Source of the DNA: Actinomycetes bacterium
GTDB lineage: Bacteria; Actinomycetota; Actinomycetes; Prado026
Length of the DNA stretch: 64,000 bases
Direction: 5' to 3'
Assembly: GCA_038210415.1 (NCBI GenBank)
Contig: JBBQWS010000012.1
Span: forward strand, 1,611 to 65,610
Part shown: piece after piece, positions 17,282 through 30,325 of the stretch
Position numbering within the stretch: position 1 is the first letter of the stretch
Layout: each line of letters begins with the position of its first letter
The notes under the pieces: generated by a model
Told to the model about the DNA's origin: nothing
The model's database searches: none
Seen by the model: the letters and a program-made list of their open reading frames with translations, nothing else
Made by a program: the position numbers and the translations under genes

Positions 17282-17813
17282 GGTCGCGGTACTCCACCGT
17301 CTCGTCGACCACGGTGAGCCCGCGCGCCCTGTAGTTGGCGAGCGCCGCGGGGCCGTCCAACGAGCAGGTGTGCACCCAGACCCGGGCGGCGCCCGGAGTC
17401 GCCCAGGCTTCGCGTAGCGCCTGCTCGAGCAACCACCCGCCGAGCCCCAGCCCGGTGAACTGCGGGAGCAGCCCGAAGTAGGCGACCTCGACCGCTCCCT
17501 GCGGCTGGCCGTCTAGCTCCGCGTACCCGGCGGGTGCGCCGCCGACCTGGGCGAGCAGCGTCCGGTGCTCGGGCCGGTCGACCCAGGCTTGCCACTGCGC
17601 GTACGTCCACGGCAGCCGGTCGACCCAGTACCAGTCGCCGCCCACGGCCGTGTAGAGGAAGCGGTTCAGCTCAGGCACCGCCGTCTCGACCTCCACGAGG
17701 TCCGCCGGGACGCGAGGTGGTCGCGCGGGCACGACGTCCGCAGGGCTGCGCTGCTCGAGGGTCCAGACCCGCACCTCGGTGGCTCCCGGCTCGGGGCCCG
17801 CGAGCAGGGTCAC
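17211..17813 (-). CDS. GNAT family N-acetyltransferase
   Basis: C-terminal 200 aa of track ORF 17211..18611. LLPQFTGLGLGGWLLEQALREAW is the acetyl-CoA loop (Q/RxxGxG/A-like) and ALANYRARGL fits the family. GTG at 17813. Confidence 0.7.
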   Translation of the reverse strand: MTLLAGPEPGATEVRVWTLEQRSPADVVPARPPRVPADLVEVETAVPELNRFLYTAVGGDWYWVDRLPWTYAQWQAWVDRPEHRTLLAQVGGAPAGYAELDGQPQGAVEVAYFGLLPQFTGLGLGGWLLEQALREAWATPGAARVWVHTCSLDGPAALANYRARGLTVVDETVEYRDLNSSTPGPWPGADRRRPDPAPPA

Positions 17814-17871
17814 GGCCGGCTCGGGCGCGGGGCGGCGCCACCGGTTCTGTCCACTCGGGCAGGATAGTGCG

Positions 17872-18627
17872 ATGGACCTCGGACTCGACGGCAGCGTCTT
17901 CCTTGTCAGCGGTGGCACCCGGGGTCTCGGCCGGGCCGCCGCGAACGTGCTGGTGGCCGAGGGGGCGTGCGTCGTGGTCTCCGGGCGCAACCCTGCCGCA
18001 GTGCAGGCGGCAGCTGCGGAGCTCCATCCGCAGCGAGCGCTGGGGATCAGCGCCGACAACGCCGACCCGGCCGCACCCGAGCGGCTCGTCGCTGCCGCCG
18101 TGGCCCGGTTCGGCCGCCTCGACGGTGCACTCATCAGCGTGGGCGGGCCGCCAGGCGGTGGCATCGACGACCTCACCGATGACCAGTGGCGGAAGGCTTT
18201 CGACACCGTGTTCCTGGGTGCTGTGCGGATGGCCAGGGCGGTGGCGCGGGCACTGCCGGTCGGCGGAGGGTCGATCGCGTTCGTCCTGTCGTCGTCGGTG
18301 CACGAGCCGATCCGGGGGCTCGCCGCGTCGAACGGTCTGCGCCCGGGGCTCGCGATGGTGGCGAAGTCGATGGCTGACGAGTGGGGGTCAGCCGGGATCC
18401 GCGTGAACGGGCTGTTGCCCGGCCGGATCGCCACCGACCGGCTCAAGTCGCTGGACAAGTCGGTCCGCAAGGGCGATGCCAGCGCGCTGAGGGCCGCCGT
18501 ACCGCTCAAGCGCGACGGCGACCCGGCGGAGTTCGGTCGGGTGGCCGCGTTCGTGCTCTCGCCCGCCGCCTCGTACGTCACCGGCGCGATGATCCCCGTC
18601 GACGGGGGCACCTACCGCGGGCTTTAG
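17872..18627 (+). CDS. SDR family oxidoreductase
   Basis: MDLGLDGSVFLVSGGTRGLGRAAANVLVAEGACVVVSGRN (TGxxxGxG). ATG 17872 is in frame with track ORF 17779..18627. Confidence 0.8.
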   Translation: MDLGLDGSVFLVSGGTRGLGRAAANVLVAEGACVVVSGRNPAAVQAAAAELHPQRALGISADNADPAAPERLVAAAVARFGRLDGALISVGGPPGGGIDDLTDDQWRKAFDTVFLGAVRMARAVARALPVGGGSIAFVLSSSVHEPIRGLAASNGLRPGLAMVAKSMADEWGSAGIRVNGLLPGRIATDRLKSLDKSVRKGDASALRAAVPLKRDGDPAEFGRVAAFVLSPAASYVTGAMIPVDGGTYRGL

Positions 18628-18820
18628 CGTCGACTGTCCCGTCGTACGCCCCGCCCCCCTCCCCACAAGGGTTCCTTCATGCCAATGGGACGAGTTCTCG
18701 CGACACTCTCCGGGAGCCGTGGGAAGCGCGCGACTGCGCCTTCCGCGGCCCTTCAGGCAACACAGTCCGCATCGCGCAAGCCTGACCACCGCGGCGCTGG
18801 CTCACGGGCAGCGGCCGATG

Positions 18821-20707
18821 TCAGGCCTGGAGCTCGGCCGCCGGCGTTTGCCGCTCGAACTGCGTGCGGTAGAGGTCGGCATACAGCCCTGCCGCAGCAA
18901 GCAGCTCGTCGTGGGTGCCCCGCTCGACGATCCGCCCGTCGTCCACGACCAGGATCAGGTCGGCGTCGCGCACGGTCGACAGCCGGTGCGCGATCACCAG
19001 GGATGTCCGACCCGTGAGCGCGGTGGCCAGGGCCCGTTGCACCGCCGCCTCGGACTCCGAGTCGAGGTGCGCCGTCGCCTCGTCCAGCACCACGATCCGG
19101 GGTGCCTTGAGAAGCAGTCGGGCGATGGCCAGCCGCTGCTTCTCGCCGCCGGACAAGCGGTAGCCCCGATCGCCAACGACGGTGTCGAGCCCGTCGGGCA
19201 GGCTGGAGACGAGGTCCCAGATCTGGGCAGAACGACACGCCTGCTCGAAGTCGGCGTCCGTCGCGCCCGGTGCGGCGTACTGCAGGTTGGCCCGGATCGT
19301 GTCGTGGAACATGTGTGCGTCCTGGGTGACCACCCCGATGACGCGGTGCAACGACTCCTGCGTGACGCCGCGGACGTCCTCTCCGCCCACCAGCACAGCG
19401 CCTTCGGTGACGTCGTACAGCCGGGACACCAGCGAGGTGATCGTGCTCTTGCCCGCGCCGGACGGGCCGACGAGCGCCACCAGCTCGCCGGGTCGCACGG
19501 TGAACGAGACACCGTCGAGCACGAGGGCCGAGGGAGCAGAGTCGAGCACGGCCACCGACTCGAGCGACGCCAGCGACACCTCGTCGGCGGACGGGTAGCG
19601 GAACACGACGTCGCGCAGCTCGATGGTGTCCGCTGACGGCGGAAGGGTGGTCGCGTCCGGTGCGTCGTCGACCATGGGCGGCAGGTCGAGCACCTCGAAC
19701 ACCCGCTCGAACGACACGAGCGCCGTCATGACGTCGACCTGCACGTTCGAAAGAGCGGTCAGCGGACCATAGAGCTGGGTCAACAACGAGGCCAGAGCCA
19801 CCAGGGTCCCGACCTTCAGGGTCCCGTTGATGGCCAGCACCCCACCCATGCCGTAGACGAGTGCCGTTGCCAGCGCCGCGACCGTGGTCAGGGCGGCGAA
19901 GAAGACCCGGCTGTACATCGCGGACAGGACGCCGATGTCACGCACCCGGCCGGCCTTGGCCGCGAACGCCGCCGACTCCTCGTCCGGCCGGCCGAAGATC
20001 TTGACCAGGAGCGCCCCTGAGACGTTGAACCGCTCGGTCATCGTCTGGCTCATGGACGCGTTGGTCTGCATGGCCTCACGGGTGATGGCCGCCAACCGCT
20101 TGCCGACCCAGCGCGCCGGCAGGACGAACAGCGGCAGCAGCAGCAAAGCGAGGGCCGTGATCTGCCACGACAGGATGATCATGGTCGTGAGGACGAGGAC
20201 GAGGCTGACGACGTTGGACACGACCGAGGACAAGGTGGACGTGAAGGCCTGCTGCGCCCCGACGACGTCGCTGTTGAGGCGCGACACCAACGAGCCGGTC
20301 TGGGTGCGGGTGAAGAACGCCACGGGCATCCGCTGGACATGGTCGAAGACCCGAGTGCGCAGGTCGTAGATGAGGCCCTCGCCGATCCGCGACGAGAAGT
20401 AGCGCCCGACCAGGGTGAGTGACGTCGCGATGATTGCGAGGGCGGCGATGCCGAACGCTGTACGGATCACGACCGCGGTGTCCTGCTTCGCGACGCCCTC
20501 GTCGATGATGACCTTGAACAGCAAGGGGGTGAGGACCACGGTGAAGGACGCCAGGACCACCGTGACCAGGAACCAGCTGATCTCGCGCCGATAGGGCCGG
20601 GCGAACCCGAGGATCCGCTTCGCTGTGCCAGGCGCGAGCCGCTTGCGGTCCGGGCCCTGCCGGGTCAGCGAGCGGTACTGCGACCAGTTCGAGTGGGACA
20701 TCGACAT
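18821..20707 (-). CDS. ABC exporter, fused permease/ATPase (MsbA/MdlB-like)
   Basis: Six-TM N-terminal half. Walker A GPSGAGKST, signature LSGGEKQRLAIAR, Walker B IVVLDEATAHLD. Start probably the internal ATG at 20707 (MSMSHSNW). Confidence 0.85.
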   Translation of the reverse strand: MSMSHSNWSQYRSLTRQGPDRKRLAPGTAKRILGFARPYRREISWFLVTVVLASFTVVLTPLLFKVIIDEGVAKQDTAVVIRTAFGIAALAIIATSLTLVGRYFSSRIGEGLIYDLRTRVFDHVQRMPVAFFTRTQTGSLVSRLNSDVVGAQQAFTSTLSSVVSNVVSLVLVLTTMIILSWQITALALLLLPLFVLPARWVGKRLAAITREAMQTNASMSQTMTERFNVSGALLVKIFGRPDEESAAFAAKAGRVRDIGVLSAMYSRVFFAALTTVAALATALVYGMGGVLAINGTLKVGTLVALASLLTQLYGPLTALSNVQVDVMTALVSFERVFEVLDLPPMVDDAPDATTLPPSADTIELRDVVFRYPSADEVSLASLESVAVLDSAPSALVLDGVSFTVRPGELVALVGPSGAGKSTITSLVSRLYDVTEGAVLVGGEDVRGVTQESLHRVIGVVTQDAHMFHDTIRANLQYAAPGATDADFEQACRSAQIWDLVSSLPDGLDTVVGDRGYRLSGGEKQRLAIARLLLKAPRIVVLDEATAHLDSESEAAVQRALATALTGRTSLVIAHRLSTVRDADLILVVDDGRIVERGTHDELLAAAGLYADLYRTQFERQTPAAELQA

Positions 20708-20763
20708 GCAGGTGGCTCCGGGGGTTGCGTGACCGGGCGGACGACGGAACGTGCTGGGCACAA

Positions 20764-20790
20764 GAACACCACAGACGCCTGACGGTGTTC
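20764..20790 (-). terminator. weak hairpin after echA (GAACACC-N13-GGTGTTC)
   Basis: 7-bp inverted repeat read directly. On the minus strand it is followed only by TTGTG, so termination strength is doubtful. Confidence 0.2.
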
Positions 20791-20824
20791 CCGGGTGCCT
20801 GCGCTCGACCGACCCGATCGCCAG

Positions 20825-21463
20825 TTAGTCCTGACCGGCCAGGTCCCGGATGCGACGTCGCTGGGCCGTCCGTTCAGCGACGAGTTGTGCGTCGTAGTCG
20901 CGGTGCGCCGCAGCCAGCAGCAGCGACTTCGTCTCGCGGACAGCGCCATAGGGAGCCAGGGTCAGCGACGCGACAACGTCGGCAGTGGCGTCCGCCAGCT
21001 GGTCGCCCGGCACAGCCGCGGTCGCCAGGCCCCACGAGACAGCCTCCGCCGCGCCGAGCCGCCGCCCCGAGACGCACAGCTCCAACGCCCGTGCGTAGCC
21101 GACGGCCTGCACCAGCGGCTGGGTACCGCCCAGGTCGGGCACCAGCCCAAGGGTCGTCTCCAGCATGCAGAACTGGGCGTCGTCGGTCATCACTCGCAGG
21201 TCGCAGGCGAGAGCAAGCTGGAAACCGGCCCCGACTGCGTGGCCCTGCACTGCGGCGATACTCACGAAGGCGGGATCGCGCAGCCACGAGAACGCGCTCT
21301 GGTATGCCGCGACCGTCTCGTCGAACGTCTCGGCGTCGACCGTGGCCAGGCTGGCGAACGAGGCTTCGCCCGGAATCCCCTCCGGAGTGAACATCCGCCG
21401 GTCGAGGCCGGCCGAGAACGACGGGCCTTCGGCGCGAAGGACTACGACTCGGCATCCGGCCAC
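20825..21463 (-). CDS. enoyl-CoA hydratase/isomerase (crotonase) family protein; conserved N-terminus lies upstream of the first canonical start
   Basis: RAEGPSFSAGLD oxyanion-hole motif and AAVQGHAVGAGFQLALACD. The in-frame upstream codons 21464..21571 read RLEVAGPVATVTLDRPERLNAQTPALWRGLAALPAA, a typical crotonase N-terminus, but contain no ATG/GTG/TTG. Confidence 0.75.
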   Translation of the reverse strand: MAGCRVVVLRAEGPSFSAGLDRRMFTPEGIPGEASFASLATVDAETFDETVAAYQSAFSWLRDPAFVSIAAVQGHAVGAGFQLALACDLRVMTDDAQFCMLETTLGLVPDLGGTQPLVQAVGYARALELCVSGRRLGAAEAVSWGLATAAVPGDQLADATADVVASLTLAPYGAVRETKSLLLAAAHRDYDAQLVAERTAQRRRIRDLAGQD

Positions 21464-21594
21464 GGCGGCAGGCAGAGCGGCCAGCCCACGCCACAGGGCC
21501 GGGGTCTGTGCGTTGAGACGCTCAGGGCGGTCGAGAGTGACGGTGGCGACCGGTCCGGCGACCTCGAGCCGAAACCCCTCGGCCCTGTTCTCGG

Positions 21595-21807
21595 TTACTT
21601 CTTCGCCTTGCCGCGAGTGGCTCCGCCGCGACCGCGGAGCGTGACGTCGGCTTCGGTCAGCACCCGATGGATGAAGCCGTACGACCGGCCCGTCGACTCC
21701 GCGAGGGCTCGGATGCTGGCGCCGCCTTGGTACTTCTTCTTGAGATCGTCGGCGAGCTTGCCTCGCTCAGCGCCGGTGACGCGGCGTCCCTTGCCAATGT
21801 CGGCCAC
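21595..21807 (-). CDS. small helix-turn-helix DNA-binding protein (conserved actinobacterial, Rv1473A-like)
   Basis: VADIGKGRRVTGAERGKLADDLKKKYQGGASIRALAESTGRSYGFIHRVLTEADVTLRGRGGATRGKAKK. GTG 21807 is preceded by GAGGAGG; the track ORF starts at 21876. Confidence 0.7.
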   Translation of the reverse strand: MADIGKGRRVTGAERGKLADDLKKKYQGGASIRALAESTGRSYGFIHRVLTEADVTLRGRGGATRGKAKK

Positions 21808-21892
21808 GGGGCCCTCCTCGGTTGAGCTGCTGGTGGCTTGCCCCCCATGATCACTCAACCATGCGACGGCCGCCACCGGTAGCCTCCGCCCG

Positions 21893-23491
<1,599 letters not shown>

Positions 23492-23647
23492 TGGGGACGA
23501 ACCTCTCCGGGGGACGGCGGTGAACGGGTGCTGACGCGATGATCGCGAGAACCGTTCGTCAGGGCTCGGAGCGGTGCATGCCCGTAGTCTACCGGCGCGA
23601 TCCGTGTCACCAGCCGAGCCGCGGCTGTTCCGACTGGGAGGTCCTCG

Positions 23648-24508
23648 ATGCAGTTCGACAACCAAGGGGTGGACGTCTCCGGGGTGGACGACCAGCGTGG
23701 TGGCGGCGGCATGGGCCGGGGCACGATGGTCGCCGGCGGTGGGGGCATCGTCGGGTTGATCGTCACCCTGCTCGTGGTGTTCCTTGGCGGCAGTGACACC
23801 GGTGGCACGGGCGGAGCAGCGGGCGAGACGCTCGACCAGCTCAAGGCCCGCTGCAACACCAACGGCGCCCTGAACCAGTACAACGACTGCTACCTGATCA
23901 AGGTCTTCAACGAGACCGACCAGGTGTGGAAGGCGGAGTTCGCCCGGCTCGGGCAGACCTACCGCCGACCTACCTTGACGTTCTTCACCGGGCAGGTACG
24001 CACCGGCTGCGGGGCTGCCTCGTCGCAGGTCGGGCCGTTCTACTGCCCGCCGGACCAGCACATCTACATCGACGTCGACTTCCTGAACCAGCTGCAGCAG
24101 CAGTTCGGTGCACAGGGTCGCTACGCCGAGGCGTACATCCTGGCGCACGAGTACGGCCACCACCTGCAGACGATGCTGGGCGTCGAGCCCAAGGTCCGTC
24201 GCCTACAGCAGGCCAACCCCACTCAGCAGAACCCGCTGTCGGTCAAGCTCGAGCTGCAGGCCGACTGCTTCGCGGGGGTCTGGGGCGCGCTGGCCAACCG
24301 GGACGGCAAGGTCACGGTGACCAAGTCCGACGTCGCCGAGGCACAGCGGGCCGCCGCCGCGGTCGGCGACGACCGGATCCAGAAGGCGTCGACCGGCCGG
24401 GTGAATCCGGAGTCGTGGACGCACGGTTCGGCCGCAGCCCGGCAGCGCTGGTACACCACCGGCTACAACAGCGCCAGCCTCCAGCGCTGCGACACCTTCG
24501 CCACGTAG
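23648..24508 (+). CDS. neutral zinc metallopeptidase (YpfJ-like), membrane anchored
   Basis: 286 aa. Gly-rich N-terminus followed by a TM helix, HEYGHHLQ zinc motif, and a C-terminal WYTTGY region typical of the family. Confidence 0.8.
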   Translation: MQFDNQGVDVSGVDDQRGGGGMGRGTMVAGGGGIVGLIVTLLVVFLGGSDTGGTGGAAGETLDQLKARCNTNGALNQYNDCYLIKVFNETDQVWKAEFARLGQTYRRPTLTFFTGQVRTGCGAASSQVGPFYCPPDQHIYIDVDFLNQLQQQFGAQGRYAEAYILAHEYGHHLQTMLGVEPKVRRLQQANPTQQNPLSVKLELQADCFAGVWGALANRDGKVTVTKSDVAEAQRAAAAVGDDRIQKASTGRVNPESWTHGSAAARQRWYTTGYNSASLQRCDTFAT

Positions 24509-24526
24509 CACCGGCTTACTGCGGGG

Positions 24527-24846
24527 TCACACGTTGAAGCCGAGCGCCCGCAGCTGTTCGCGGCCCTCGTCGGTGATCTTGTCGGGGCCCCACGGGGGCA
24601 TCCAGACCCAGTTGATGCGTACGTCGTCCGACAACGGGGCCAACGCCGACCGGGTCTGGTCCTCGATCACGTCCGTGAGCGGGCAGGCCGCGCTGGTCAG
24701 GGTCATGTCGAGAACAGCTGTGCGGTTCTGGTCGAGCGTGATCCCGTAGACCAGGCCCAGGTCGACGACGTTGATGCCGAGCTCGGGGTCGACGACGTCA
24801 CGCATCGCCTCCGTGAGCTCCTCGATCACGGCTACCGACGGCTCGC

Positions 24847-24850
<4 letters not shown>
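24527..24850 (-). CDS. sufT: Fe-S cluster assembly protein SufT (DUF59 / MIP18 family)
   Basis: 107-aa product MSEPSVAVIEELTEAMRDVVDPELGINVVDLGLVYGI...LTSAACPL from ATG 24850. Last gene of the suf operon. Confidence 0.85.
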
Positions 24851-27391
<2,541 letters not shown>

Positions 27392-27399
27392 CAAAGGCC

Positions 27400-27729
27400 T
27401 CAGTTCTCTGCGGATTGGGGGGTGACGCAGACCAGGACGTCGTCGCCCTCGATCTTCACGGGGTACACCGGCACCGGCCGCGTGGCCGGCAGGCTGGTGG
27501 GGCGTCCGGTGACCAGGTCGAAAGTCGAGCCGTGCAGCCAGCACTCGATGGTCAGGCCGTCCACCTCACCCTCGGCGAGGGACACGTCGGCGTGCGAGCA
27601 GACGTCGCTGATCGCGTGCACCTCGCCGTCGGTGCGGACCAGGCAGATCGCCAGGCCGTCGACCTCTACCCGCTTGGCGCTGCCTTCGGCCAGGTCGGCC
27701 AACGGGCACGCCCGGGTGAACTCACTCAT
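27400..27729 (-). CDS. Rieske [2Fe-2S] ferredoxin-type protein embedded in the suf operon
   Basis: 109 aa. CSHADVSL ... CWLHGSTF (CxH...CxxH Rieske ligands). Confidence 0.85.
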   Translation of the reverse strand: MSEFTRACPLADLAEGSAKRVEVDGLAICLVRTDGEVHAISDVCSHADVSLAEGEVDGLTIECWLHGSTFDLVTGRPTSLPATRPVPVYPVKIEGDDVLVCVTPQSAEN

Positions 27730-28904
27730 GCCTTAGCTCCTTCGAGAACTCCGCGCTCCAGCTCGGCATCGACGGCCTCGAGCAGGCGGTCAGCCAGCTC
27801 GGGGATGCCGATCTTCTGCAGGACGTCGGCGAAGAACCCTCGCACGACGAGACGCCGGGCCTCGTCCTGCGGGATGCCACGAGCCTGAAGGTAGAACAGC
27901 TGCTCGTCGTCAAACCGGCCGGTGGCACTGGCGTGGCCGGCCCCGACGATCTCGCCGGTCTCGATCTCGAGGTTCGGGACCGAGTCGGCGCGAGCGCCCT
28001 CGGTCAGCACGAGGTTGCGGTTCATCTCGTACGTGTCGGTGCCGACCGCGTTGCCCCGGATCAGCACGTCACCGATCCAGACCGTACGGGCGTCCGCGCC
28101 CTGGAGCGCACCCTTGTACGTCACGTTGCTGCGGCAATGCGGTACCGCATGGTCGACGAACAGCCGGTGCTCGAGATGCTGGCCGGGCCCGGCGAAGTAC
28201 AGCCCGAGCAGCTCGACGTCGCCCCCAGGCCCGTCGAACTCGACGACCGGGTGCAGTCGCACGACGTCGCCACCGAGGGTCACCACGACGTGCCGCAGGC
28301 GGGCGTCGCGGCCGACCCGGAGCCGGTGGCTCGACACGTGCACGCTGTCGTCGGCCCACTCCTGCAGGCTGACCAGGGTGAGCTGAGCGCCGTCGCCGAG
28401 CACGACCTCGAGCTGGTCCGCGTAAGTGGCCGAGCCCACGTGGTCGACCACGACCACCGCCACCGCGAACGGCTCCAGCTCGACGAGCAAGTGCCCGAAG
28501 GCGGCGCCGTCGGCGCCTTCGCCACGTCGGGTGACGACGGTCGGACTACCGGCGACGACGTCGCGCGGCACCGTGATGATGGTTGCCTGCTCGACCGCGG
28601 CCCAGGCCTGAGCGGCCACCCTGTCGTTAGGCGGGCCGCTGCGGTTGAGCCGTGCGTCGGTGCGGTCGACCGTCTCGACGCGTACCTGCGCGTCAGCATC
28701 GACCTCGACCACGACCTTGCCCTCGGGAGCGGCCACGGCAGTGCCGTCGTGCAGCCCGCGCAGGCGGCTGAGCGGGGTGAACCGCCACGCCTCCTCGCGT
28801 CCGTTCGGGACCGGATGGTCGGCGAGGTCGAACGAGGCGACCTCCACCGGCCGGACGTCGGCGGCGGTCTGCCCGCTCTCTGCTGGTGTGTGCGTGACTC
28901 CCAT
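27726..28904 (-). CDS. sufD: Fe-S cluster assembly protein SufD
   Basis: 392 aa, beta-helix-type repeats, C-terminal FYLQARGIPQDEARRLVVRGF typical of SufB/D. Located between sufB and sufC. Confidence 0.88.
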   Translation of the reverse strand: MGVTHTPAESGQTAADVRPVEVASFDLADHPVPNGREEAWRFTPLSRLRGLHDGTAVAAPEGKVVVEVDADAQVRVETVDRTDARLNRSGPPNDRVAAQAWAAVEQATIITVPRDVVAGSPTVVTRRGEGADGAAFGHLLVELEPFAVAVVVVDHVGSATYADQLEVVLGDGAQLTLVSLQEWADDSVHVSSHRLRVGRDARLRHVVVTLGGDVVRLHPVVEFDGPGGDVELLGLYFAGPGQHLEHRLFVDHAVPHCRSNVTYKGALQGADARTVWIGDVLIRGNAVGTDTYEMNRNLVLTEGARADSVPNLEIETGEIVGAGHASATGRFDDEQLFYLQARGIPQDEARRLVVRGFFADVLQKIGIPELADRLLEAVDAELERGVLEGAKA

Positions 28905-28906
28905 AG

Positions 28907-30325
28907 TCAGCCCACGGCCCCTTCCATCTGCAGCTCGATCAACCGGTTGAGCTCGAGGGCGTACTCCATCGGCAGCTCGCGGGCGATCGGCTCGACAAAG
29001 CCACGGACGATCATCGCCATGGCTTCCTCTTCGCTCATGCCGCGGCTCATCAGGTAGAAGAGCTGCTCGTCGGAGACCTTCGACACCGTGGCCTCGTGCC
29101 CCATCGAGACGTCGTCCTCACGAACGTCGACGTACGGGTACGTGTCGGAGCGGCTGATGTCGTCAACGAGGAGCGCGTCACAGCGGACGGTCGACTTCGA
29201 CCCGTACGCGCCCTCCTGAACCTGGACCAGGCCGCGGTAGGACGTCCGGCCACCGCCTCGGGCGACCGACTTCGACACGATGGTGGACGACGTGTGCGGC
29301 GCGCAGTGGACCATCTTGGCGCCGGCGTCCTGGTGCTGCCCTTCGCCCGCGAAGGCGACGGAGAGCGTCTCGCCCTTGGCGTGCTGGCCGAGCAGGAAGA
29401 CCGCCGGGTACTTCATCGTCACCTTGGAGCCGATGTTGCCGTCGATCCACTCCATGGTCGCGCCCTCTGCCGCAGTCGCCCGCTTGGTGACGAGGTTGTA
29501 GACGTTGTTGGACCAGTTCTGGATGGTCGTGTAGCGGACCCGGGCGTTCTTCTTCACGATGATCTCGACGACCGCCGAGTGAAGGGAGTCGGACGAGTAG
29601 ATCGGCGCCGTGCAGCCCTCGACGTAGTGAACGTAGGAGTCCTCGTCGGCGATGATCAGCGTGCGCTCGAACTGGCCCATGTTCTCGGTGTTGATGCGGA
29701 AGTAGGCCTGCAGAGGGATGTCGACCTTGACCCCCTTGGGCACGTAGATGAACGAGCCGCCCGACCAGACCGAGGTGTTCAGCGCCGCGAACTTGTTGTC
29801 GCCCACCGGGATCACGGTGCCGAAGTACTCGCGGAACAGCGCCTCGTGCTCGCGCAGTCCCGTGTCGGTGTCGACGAAGATGACCCCCTGCTCCTCGAGG
29901 TCCTCGCGGATCTGGTGGTACACGACCTCGGACTCGTACTGAGCCGCGACACCGGAGACGAGCCGCTGCTTCTCGGCCTCGGGGATGCCGAGCCGGTCGT
30001 AGGTGTTCTTGATGTCGTCGGGCAGCTCGTCCCAAGTGGTCGCCTGCTTCTCGGTCGACCGGACGAAGTACTTGATGTTGTCGAAGTGGATGCCGGACAG
30101 GTCGGAGCCCCACGTCGGCATCGGCTTCTTCTCGAACAGACGCAGGCCCTTGAGCCGCATGTCGAGCATCCACTGCGGCTCGCTCTTGAGCCCGGAGATG
30201 TTGCGCACGACGTCCTCGGAAAGTCCGCGTCGAGCGTTGTCGCCGGCTTCGGACTTGTCGTGCCAGCCGTACTCGTAGGTACCGAGACCTTCGAGCGGGT
30301 CGATCTCGGGGGTGGTCTGCGTCAT
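28907..30325 (-). CDS. sufB: Fe-S cluster assembly scaffold SufB
   Basis: [23 protein letters not shown]..., [24 protein letters not shown] 30325 overlaps the sufR stop (ATGA). The upstream Arg-rich part of the track ORF is spurious. Confidence 0.92.
   Translation of the reverse strand: MTQTTPEIDPLEGLGTYEYGWHDKSEAGDNARRGLSEDVVRNISGLKSEPQWMLDMRLKGLRLFEKKPMPTWGSDLSGIHFDNIKYFVRSTEKQATTWDELPDDIKNTYDRLGIPEAEKQRLVSGVAAQYESEVVYHQIREDLEEQGVIFVDTDTGLREHEALFREYFGTVIPVGDNKFAALNTSVWSGGSFIYVPKGVKVDIPLQAYFRINTENMGQFERTLIIADEDSYVHYVEGCTAPIYSSDSLHSAVVEIIVKKNARVRYTTIQNWSNNVYNLVTKRATAAEGATMEWIDGNIGSKVTMKYPAVFLLGQHAKGETLSVAFAGEGQHQDAGAKMVHCAPHTSSTIVSKSVARGGGRTSYRGLVQVQEGAYGSKSTVRCDALLVDDISRSDTYPYVDVREDDVSMGHEATVSKVSDEQLFYLMSRGMSEEEAMAMIVRGFVEPIARELPMEYALELNRLIELQMEGAVG

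Noticed and set aside
17814-18611. Upstream 266 aa of ORF 17211..18611, suggesting a 466-aa GNAT fusion protein
   Set aside because: Antisense to the SDR gene (17872..18627), which has a clean TGxxxGxG motif. The GNAT domain starts at GTG 17813.
18628-18820. 193-bp convergent spacer between the SDR gene and the ABC exporter, checked for a small gene or RNA
   Set aside because: Only junk-like ORFs are present (for example 18679..19017 and 18388..18789). There is no convincing hairpin with a U-tract and no recognisable RNA motif.
21590-21605. Possible programmed -1 frameshift fusing the small HTH protein to the enoyl-CoA hydratase (the echA frame is -1 relative to the HTH frame and open across the junction)
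   Set aside because: The junction GCG AAG AAG TAA is not a canonical X XXY YYZ slippery site and no downstream stimulatory structure was seen. Start-codon loss or an annotation or sequence issue is more parsimonious.
23492-24163. 224-aa N-terminal extension of the ABC-F ORF (21893..24163)
   Set aside because: It overlaps the divergent zinc-peptidase gene and has no ABC-F-like sequence. A GTG with an RBS at 23491 gives the normal ~530-aa two-cassette protein.
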